Positions 58,455-64,000 of a stretch of DNA of 64,000 nucleotides are shown here, piece by piece. The stretch lies in the NCBI GenBank assembly GCA_036703095.1, contig DATNPS010000014.1, positions 3,822 to 67,821 of the forward strand, read 5' to 3'. Under the pieces are notes generated by a model. The model was not told the DNA's origin and did not search any database. It saw only the letters and a program-made list of their open reading frames with translations. Origin of the DNA: Crinalium sp. GTDB taxonomy: Bacteria; Cyanobacteriota; Cyanobacteriia; Elainellales; Elainellaceae. Both the position numbers and the translations under genes were made by a program. Numbering within the stretch: the stretch's first letter is position 1; each line of letters starts with the position of its first letter.

Positions 58455-59230
58455 GCACTTTGACTAATTTTTATTGGGAGAATATAGGCGCATAAAAAGA
58501 GACTCCCCGATGAGAGGGAGACTGTTTATCTTCAAATTTTCTATAACGCTCAAAAATGGTTCGTGAGCACAGGGTGGGGAGGCAGGTGAATTTAACGGTT
58601 GAGGGGCTAAACCTGGCAAATGAACTCGCGGCTATCCAAACGAAATCCACCTTCGCGAACTGGGCGTTGGCAGCCTGCGAAGGTCGGTTTTATCTGGTAA
58701 CTGCGGTTTTAACTGCCACCCTCCTAACGCAAGTCCTAAATTAGGAGCGGCAGGAAGGGAGAAGACGGTCAAGAAAAAGCTGCTTCAGGAAACATCTCTA
58801 CTATTTTGAATTGAATGAGACATTAATAGCATTATGCTTGGAGCAAGTCTCACGGTGTTTTCAACCGAGAAATGCAGGGACTGTCAGCCGGACTGAGTAA
58901 GTATACGGAAGCAATAGCTCTAAGGTTATGTCTTTTTCGAAAAACTATCTCTACAACAAAGTTTCTTTTCCCCTACAAATGCTTTTCTCAGCAAGAAAAA
59001 CTTCTTTCTCTCTAAAAACCTATTTTCTCTTTAAATAAAAAATCAGTCATTAAGCAACTTAAATTGAGCTGTCTTTAAACAAACGTGGATTCGATGAATG
59101 CGTAAAGCATTCCCCTCACGGAGCCAGGAAAATGTTTTGCGCACTTAAACTGAAAGCAGATTGAGTCAATGAACCCATCAGCTATTCAAATTAACCGGCA
59201 ATTGAACGATCGACAATTGTCTTGATTAAA

Positions 59231-59700
59231 ATGGATACGATTAAATCTCTTCTATCAGAAGATCAAATGCCGGATGCCTGGTACAACATTCAGGTAGATT
59301 TTCTTACCCCTCTACCTCCTGTTCTCCACCCAGGAACAGGTCAACCCATCACTCCAGACGATCTGCCTCCTCTGTTGCCCATGAGCCTAATCGCTCAGGA
59401 AGTGAGCCAAGAGCGTTGGATTGAGATTCTGGATGAGGTGCAGTCAATTTATCGTCAGTGGCGTCCCACTCCCCTCAGTTCTGCTGAAAGCCATAAGCCG
59501 AATACAGCCGTGGCCCAAGCGTATGACAACAAACAGGTAGTCGTAGGCGATCGACCACTGAAACTGGAGTCGGACAGTGGGGAGCTTTCCTGGCCTTTGC
59601 GGATGTGCTGTTTGGGCTAGAAAATTTAGTCTACATGATGAAGGTCAGCTACAACCAAAAGCCTTATCGTCGTGCATCGAATGCTCTCTCACTAGGAGTA
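59231..59700 (+). pseudogene. TrpB2-type (tryptophan synthase beta-like, PLP-dependent) gene remnant with internal deletion, frameshift and 3' truncation
   Basis: MDTIKSLLSEDQMPDAWYNIQVDFLTPLPPVLHPGTGQPITPDDLPPLLPMSLIAQEVSQERWIEILDEVQSIYRQWRPTPL jumps directly to SHKPNTAVAQAY, skipping ~30 residues including the PLP-lysine neighbourhood. A second frame then reads [10 protein letters not shown] and a third reads [10 protein letters not shown] before ending. Confidence 0.7.
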
Positions 59701-59707
59701 TAAGACC

Positions 59708-59890
59708 ATGAATCCCAAGCAAACAGCATTGGTTTTGATTGAGTATCAGAATGACTTCACAACCGAGGGAGGAACGCTGCATCAGAGTGTGAAGGGGGTG
59801 ATGGAAGGGACGAATATGCATCCACAATGGGTTATGAGCACCGCAACTCAAATGGATTGCGGTGCTCACACTTTGCAATCACTAAAGAAA
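59708..59890 (+). pseudogene. N-terminal fragment of an isochorismatase-family (cysteine hydrolase) gene, cut off by the element at 59890
   Basis: MNPKQTALVLIEYQNDFTTEGGTLHQSVKGVMEGTNM matches the family N-terminus (TAL-vID-QNDF...GG-L). The rest of track ORF 59708..60088 reads through the palindromic element and is not coding. Confidence 0.55.
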
Positions 59891-60000
59891 CGTGAATTCG
59901 ATAGCCCAATTTTGCGTGCGCGACGCGCACGCAAAATTGGGCTTTTGGGAGAGTGGCGCGTCGCGCCACTCTCCCAAAAGCCCGATCGTCAAATTCACGT
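59890..60000. mobile_element. Family-1 GAATTC-ended palindromic element with nested palindromes
   Basis: The termini are ACGTGAATTCGATAG ... CGTCAAATTCACGT (12-bp inverted repeats). Inside are CCAATTTTGCGTGCGCGACGCGCACGCAAAATTGG (59906..59940) and GGGCTTTTGGGAGAGTGGCGCG-TC-GCGCCACTCTCCCAAAAGCCC (59939..59983). Confidence 0.65.
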
Positions 60001-60009
60001 TAAAAAACG

Positions 60010-60387
60010 TCAACCGTCTCCATACAAACATCTGTACAACCCTTGCCTATACCTAAAACTACCTGGTCGCGCCCGTGGAGAAATGTAGGTTCTGCAATAT
60101 CCTGGCGCATCTTGTATCTGTGGATGGCTGTCAGGCTGATCCTCTGAGGAGGGTAGTTCGACAGTATCTTCATTTACTGATGGCTCAGTACTCGTTGGTT
60201 CAATTGCGGTTGGTGCAGATTGTTCTTGAACCGCATCTTCTGGCATGGCTGGAGGAGAAACGGTATTAGATTCAGGATATTGGGCTGTATTGATTGGTAA
60301 CGCTAACAAGGCATTCGGCTTAGGCAGGAGGATTCCAGCGATCGCGATAGAGATGCCAAACGTTAATGTGGTAATGCTAAGCTTCAT
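60010..60387 (-). CDS. Small secreted Pro/Glu/Ser-rich protein (hypothetical)
   Basis: 125-aa ORF with a signal-peptide-like N-terminus (MKLSITTLTFGISIAIAGILLPKPNALLA) and an acidic low-complexity middle. The last ~25 codons abut the palindromic element and may not be original. Confidence 0.45.
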   Translation of the reverse strand: MKLSITTLTFGISIAIAGILLPKPNALLALPINTAQYPESNTVSPPAMPEDAVQEQSAPTAIEPTSTEPSVNEDTVELPSSEDQPDSHPQIQDAPGYCRTYISPRARPGSFRYRQGLYRCLYGDG

Positions 60388-60963
60388 CGGGAGTTCTCCT
60401 AGAACGTGAGTGAATAGCAGTAGATATGTGTCTTCATAAATGTGCAGTTCTCAATCAGTTGTGAGACAAATAGCGTTTCCATCTATAACCTTCACAATCT
60501 AAATTGGTTAAAAAATCATTCCTCGAATCTGTCATCTTTTATTTGTCTATAGCCGTTGAAAACAACTGCTTACAGTATGGGATATGAATTAATTTCTAAC
60601 CATCCCAGATCGTAGTGTTAAGGAGGAATTTAAGATGACTAGTGCTAACTTGAGAATGTATTATTCCGCAGATCTGTAAGCAGATCTATAAGTTGTGTTG
60701 ATTCACGGATGAGGCAGGAACACTCAAACGTGCGTCTCGCGCAATCGCAGTCATTACGTAACTTCGCTAAATCGCTGTATCTGAGACAAATCGCGTTTCC
60801 GTTTCATGCAAAAACGTTGCGAATAGCGCTTTGTTTGAGGTAACGCATCTTGCTGAAGACGCAATATTTAAATCAGCATCCTCCAAACTAAACCTGCCTT
60901 TATAGGGGTGTGAAGCCCATCATCCATAGCCACACTTGCGTTAGATGTAGCTGTAGCCCTTGG

Positions 60964-61039
60964 ATTAGGACGGGGTGCAGAAGTGAAACCTCCGGTTGGG
61001 GGCAACATTTCATAACTCCTTTGGGTTTGATGTTCTAAC
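60964..61039. mobile_element. Divergent family-2 element ATTAGGACGGGGTGCAGAAGTGAAACCTCCGG...GTTCTAAC
   Basis: The first 20 nt and the terminal octamer match the copies at 14953 and 20970. Confidence 0.5.
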
Positions 61040-61120
61040 CGAGGTGGGGCTATACCTCCGCTTTCAAGAAATAGCATTACATTCAACCTAATTGAATGTA
61101 GTGTTCGTTGAGGAATAAAA

Positions 61121-62521
61121 ATGACTATTAAAAATAGACCAGAACTTAGAGAACAGTATGGTTACGTTATTTTCATTAGCGCATCCGCAGCCCTTGGGGG
61201 GTTTTTGTTTGGGTATGATACGGCTGTCATTAATGGGGCTGTTGCAGCCATCCAGAGCGGCTTTCAAGCGAATAGCTGGCAGATTGGTCTAGCCGTATCT
61301 TTGGCGCTGATCGGCTCTGCGATCGGGGCGTTTTATGCTGGCCCGATCGCAGAGCATCAGGGACGAATTCGATCCATGCTAATAGCGGCGGTGTTGTTTG
61401 TGATTAGCGGTATTGGATCTGGATTTGCGTTTACTATCTGGGATTTTACCTTCTGGCGCGTTTTAGGAGGCATTGCCGTGGGTGCGGCTAGTGTGCTTGC
61501 GCCTGCTTATATTGCTGAGGTTTCTCCGGCTCGTTTGCGGGGGAGACTTGGCTCTCTACAGCAGATGGCTATTGTGGTCGGCATTTTTGTGGCGTTGCTC
61601 TGTGATTACTTTATTGCTACAGCCGCTGGATCAGCGACAGAACCCTTATTTGGAATTACGGCCTGGCGCTGGATGTTTTGGTCTGAAGTTCCACCCGCTG
61701 TACTATATGGTATTGCAGCGTTAACCATTCCTGAATCCCCTCGCTATCTAGTTGCTCAACACCGTGCATCTGAGGCGATCGCCATCCTAGCTAAAGTTGG
61801 AGAACGGAATCCAGCCGCAAAAGTCGAAGATATTGAAGAAACGGTAATGCATGAGCGTAAACCTCGCTTCTCGGATCTATTGAGTAGAAGTGGCCATATT
61901 CTCCCGATTGTCTGGATTGGCATGGGGTTATCGATCTTTCAACAGTTTGTTGGAATTAACGTCATTTTCTACTACAGCAGCGTGTTGTGGCGTTCTGTTG
62001 GCTTTAGCGAATCCAGCTCGCTGATAATCACCGTCATCACCAGCGTTACTAATATTGTGACGACATTAATTGCTCTCCTGTTTGTAGACCGATTTGGTCG
62101 TAAGCCGCTGTTGCTCCTGGGTTCGATTGGAATGACGCTGACCTTAGGAACGCTAGCGACCACCTTTGCAACTGCACCTGTAGATGCCACAGGTGCACCC
62201 GCCCTTTCGGGCAGTGCAGGGATTATTGCCTTGATTGCAGCCAATGTTTATGTCTTTTGCTTTGGGTTTTCCTGGGGACCTGTAGTTTGGGTGTTGCTGG
62301 GTGAAATGTTTAATAACCGGATTCGTGCCCTTGCTCTGGCGATCGGGGCTGCTGTGCAATGGATCGCCAATTTTATTGTCTCAACGACGTTTCCTCCTCT
62401 GCTGGACTATGCTGGACTGGGAACCGCGTATGGGTTATATACTGCCGCCGCCGCCGCTTCATTTTTCTTCGTCCTGTTCTTAGTTAAAGAAACGAAGGGC
62501 AAGGAGTTAGAAGCGATGTAG
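61121..62521 (+). CDS. Sugar-porter-family MFS transporter (glucose/xylose:H+ symporter-like)
   Basis: 466 aa with 12 predicted TM segments. Sugar-porter signatures are GFLFGYDTAVINGA, GRIRSM, WRWMFWSEVPPA, PESPRYL, PVVWVLLGEMFNNRIR and KETKGKELE. Confidence 0.9.
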   Translation: MTIKNRPELREQYGYVIFISASAALGGFLFGYDTAVINGAVAAIQSGFQANSWQIGLAVSLALIGSAIGAFYAGPIAEHQGRIRSMLIAAVLFVISGIGSGFAFTIWDFTFWRVLGGIAVGAASVLAPAYIAEVSPARLRGRLGSLQQMAIVVGIFVALLCDYFIATAAGSATEPLFGITAWRWMFWSEVPPAVLYGIAALTIPESPRYLVAQHRASEAIAILAKVGERNPAAKVEDIEETVMHERKPRFSDLLSRSGHILPIVWIGMGLSIFQQFVGINVIFYYSSVLWRSVGFSESSSLIITVITSVTNIVTTLIALLFVDRFGRKPLLLLGSIGMTLTLGTLATTFATAPVDATGAPALSGSAGIIALIAANVYVFCFGFSWGPVVWVLLGEMFNNRIRALALAIGAAVQWIANFIVSTTFPPLLDYAGLGTAYGLYTAAAAASFFFVLFLVKETKGKELEAM

Positions 62522-62560
62522 TCCTGATAATACCTCTAGACACTAAGTCTCATTATGCAA

Positions 62561-62644
62561 ATGGGTGACAATGCAAGCGCGCCGAAGGTACGCTGGCATT
62601 GCCACCCATTCTGAGTTTTGCGCACCCGACGGGTAAGCAAAACC
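62561..62644 (+). terminator. Two consecutive hairpins after the transporter gene (AATGGGTGACAATGC...GCATTGCCACCCATT; GTTTTGC-GCACCCGACGGGTAA-GCAAAAC)
   Basis: The first stem is 15 bp with one mismatch (62561..62611). The second is a 7-bp stem with an inner ACCCG-A-CGGGT helix (62616..62644). Confidence 0.5.
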
Positions 62645-62760
62645 CGCAATGGGTTCCAAACTGAGAATTGCTAAGCTACAGCTATATTTTGTGATACAGG
62701 AATCTGGAAATGGTAAATTGACAGATGTAGTGTCAAGTTACTGTAGGTGCAGGATAAACT

Positions 62761-62874
62761 ATGAAACCAGAACAGTTGGGAATTCAAATTGCAACCCAAA
62801 TTTGCGATGGTGACATCGTAAAAGTCAGTAGCCGCGACACAACTTTATATCACTGTGAATATCACGATGATTAA
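62761..62874 (+). CDS. Possible 37-codon upstream ORF overlapping the STAND gene start by 1 nt (TAATG)
   Basis: The translation is MKPEQLGIQIATQICDGDIVKVSSRDTTLYHCEYHDD. The only evidence is the open frame and the stop/start overlap. Confidence 0.2.
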   Translation: MKPEQLGIQIATQICDGDIVKVSSRDTTLYHCEYHDD

Positions 62875-64000
62875 TGATGGCTAAACCTGTTCAAAAGCGC
62901 AAACGTCGGGGTGTGATTCTTTCACAGGAGGGGTTACAGCGTCTTCAGGAGGCTCAAGAGCAATTAGCCATCAAAAACAACGGGGGATATGCCTACACGC
63001 TAGAACAGCTCAGTCAGCAGACAGGACTGAGCGTGCGGTCTATTAGTCGGCTGCAAAGCTGTAAAGTAGCCGTTGATCGTCAAACGCTGGAAGAATTTTT
63101 TCGGGCCTTCAATCTAACGCTGATTGAACAGGACTATACTCAGCCAGATCTTCAGCTAGAGGAGATTGTAGAACAGACCTTTGTCAGCTCAATAGCCCCA
63201 AATTGGGGAGAAGCCCCTGATATTTCACTATTTTGTGGACGCACGACAGAACTGGCAACTCTAACTCAGTGGGTGCTATCCGATCGCTGTCGATTGCTTG
63301 GAATTTTTGGAATTGGTGGCATTGGCAAGACGGCGCTATCGGTCAAGCTGGCAGAACAGGTACAGGAACACTTTACCTATGTAATCTGGCGATCGCTCTA
63401 CAATGCCCCACCGCTCGAAACCCTGTTGGCCGATCTGGTGCCCTTCCTTTCGGGACAGCAAACCACCAAAGCCGATGTGAGCAGCTTTTTGGAATGCTTG
63501 CGCAATGCACGCTGTTTGGTGGTGCTTGACAACATGGAAACCCTGCTGCAAACGGGAATGCAGGCGGGACAGTACCGCTCCGGCTACGAAGCGTATGGGA
63601 CTCTGCTGCGCATGGTCGCTGAAACCCGTCATCAAAGCTGTTTGATCATCACCAGTCGAGAAAAGCCCTCTGAGGTGGCTCGATATGAAGGTATCGATCT
63701 GGCCGTGCGGACATGGCCTCTAAGCGGTTCCCCAGAAGCTGCTGCTGCATTGATTACAGCAACGGGGGTGACTGGTTCAGACGCACAGAAACAGGAGTTG
63801 GGCGATCGCTATCGATACAATCCCCTGGCGCTCAAAATTGTAGCCATTTCCATCCGCGATTTATTTGATGGCGAAATTGAGCTATTTCTGCAACAAGACA
63901 CATTAGTGTTTAATGGCTTACGCCGATTGCTCGATCAACAGTTCGATCGCTTATCTGGATTAGAGCAGAGCATCATGTATTGGCTTGCGATTAATCGAGA
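62874..64000 (+). CDS. STAND NTPase (NB-ARC/AAA-type P-loop) with N-terminal HTH-like module; 3' end beyond the window
   Basis: My translation is MMAKPVQKRKRRGVILSQEGLQRLQEAQ...FFRAFNLTLIEQDY...FCGRTTELATLTQWVLSDRCRLLGIFGIGGIGKTALSVKLAEQV (Walker A) ...ARCLVVLDNMETLL (Walker B) ...SCLIITSREKP...YRYNPLALKIVA. It is open to position 64000, which is why it is missing from the ORF track. Confidence 0.85.
   Translation, partial: MMAKPVQKRKRRGVILSQEGLQRLQEAQEQLAIKNNGGYAYTLEQLSQQTGLSVRSISRLQSCKVAVDRQTLEEFFRAFNLTLIEQDYTQPDLQLEEIVEQTFVSSIAPNWGEAPDISLFCGRTTELATLTQWVLSDRCRLLGIFGIGGIGKTALSVKLAEQVQEHFTYVIWRSLYNAPPLETLLADLVPFLSGQQTTKADVSSFLECLRNARCLVVLDNMETLLQTGMQAGQYRSGYEAYGTLLRMVAETRHQSCLIITSREKPSEVARYEGIDLAVRTWPLSGSPEAAAALITATGVTGSDAQKQELGDRYRYNPLALKIVAISIRDLFDGEIELFLQQDTLVFNGLRRLLDQQFDRLSGLEQSIMYWLAINR

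Noticed and set aside
58556-58744. Track ORF 58556..58744 (+), 62 aa. I also considered that this region might be a riboswitch, 6S, SRP, tmRNA or RNase P RNA.
   Set aside because: The ORF has no SD and no recognisable motif. I could not find the conserved cores of any of these RNAs (B12 box, tmRNA 3' tRNA-like end, SRP GGAA/AGCA motif, RNase P GGAAAGUCCGG). Only local hairpins are present, and they are kept as a low-interest finding.
59890-60088. The continuation of track ORF 59708..60088 beyond codon ~60.
   Set aside because: It reads straight through the family-1 palindromic element (REFDSPILRARRARKIGLLGEWRVAPLSQKPDRQIHV). Only the first ~60 codons resemble an isochorismatase-family protein.
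60868-61086. Track ORF 60868..61086 (-), 72 aa.
   Set aside because: It spans the family-2 element at 60964..61039 and has no coding features.
63233-63635. Track ORFs 63233..63529 (+) and 63336..63635 (-).
   Set aside because: They are out of frame or antisense relative to the STAND NTPase frame that starts at 62874 and contains clear Walker A/B motifs.

Overview
The sequence is rich in HIP1 palindromes (GCGATCGC) and reads as a chromosome segment from a probably filamentous cyanobacterium. More than half of the window (23145..58454, minus strand) is one uninterrupted 35.3-kb ORF. It encodes an 11,769-aa giant protein with an N-terminal DUF4347-like domain and C-terminal RTX repeats, assembled from at least nine different repeat or domain blocks. 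A co-oriented 612-aa C-type-lectin/Ig-like/RTX protein follows 128 bp downstream. To the left lie a window-truncated pgsB-like gene, an IS transposase remnant and a translationally coupled hybrid histidine kinase plus REC-GAF-GAF kinase pair. These are followed by a DsbA-like protein and a small HTH-like protein next to an OmpR-type regulator that lacks the phospho-acceptor Asp. Next comes a LysR-associated redox/electrophile cluster (SnoaL-like protein, CxxxxC flavoprotein disulfide reductase, alpha/beta hydrolase, NQO1-like quinone reductase, dienelactone hydrolase). A decayed nirK bracketed by two miniature palindromic elements sits beside an intact quinol-type NO reductase. To the right lie trpB2 and isochorismatase remnants, a small secreted protein, a sugar-porter MFS transporter and the 5' part of an NB-ARC STAND NTPase. 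Intergenic DNA is saturated with at least three families of small, partly nested palindromic (MITE-like) elements. I saw no rRNA, tRNA or CRISPR array, and no complete canonical defence or secretion operon. The most unusual items are the giant gene's internal architecture (a 48-unit Asn-rich nonapeptide array with a basic C-terminus, aromatic-rich inserts, and a ~1,800-aa unclassifiable core), its lectin neighbour with intact EPN/WND motifs, the nested palindromic elements, and the density of gene remnants. Domain calls rest on my reading of the translations and remembered family motifs; no searches were run. Sub-block coordinates inside the giant gene are approximate (tens of bp).
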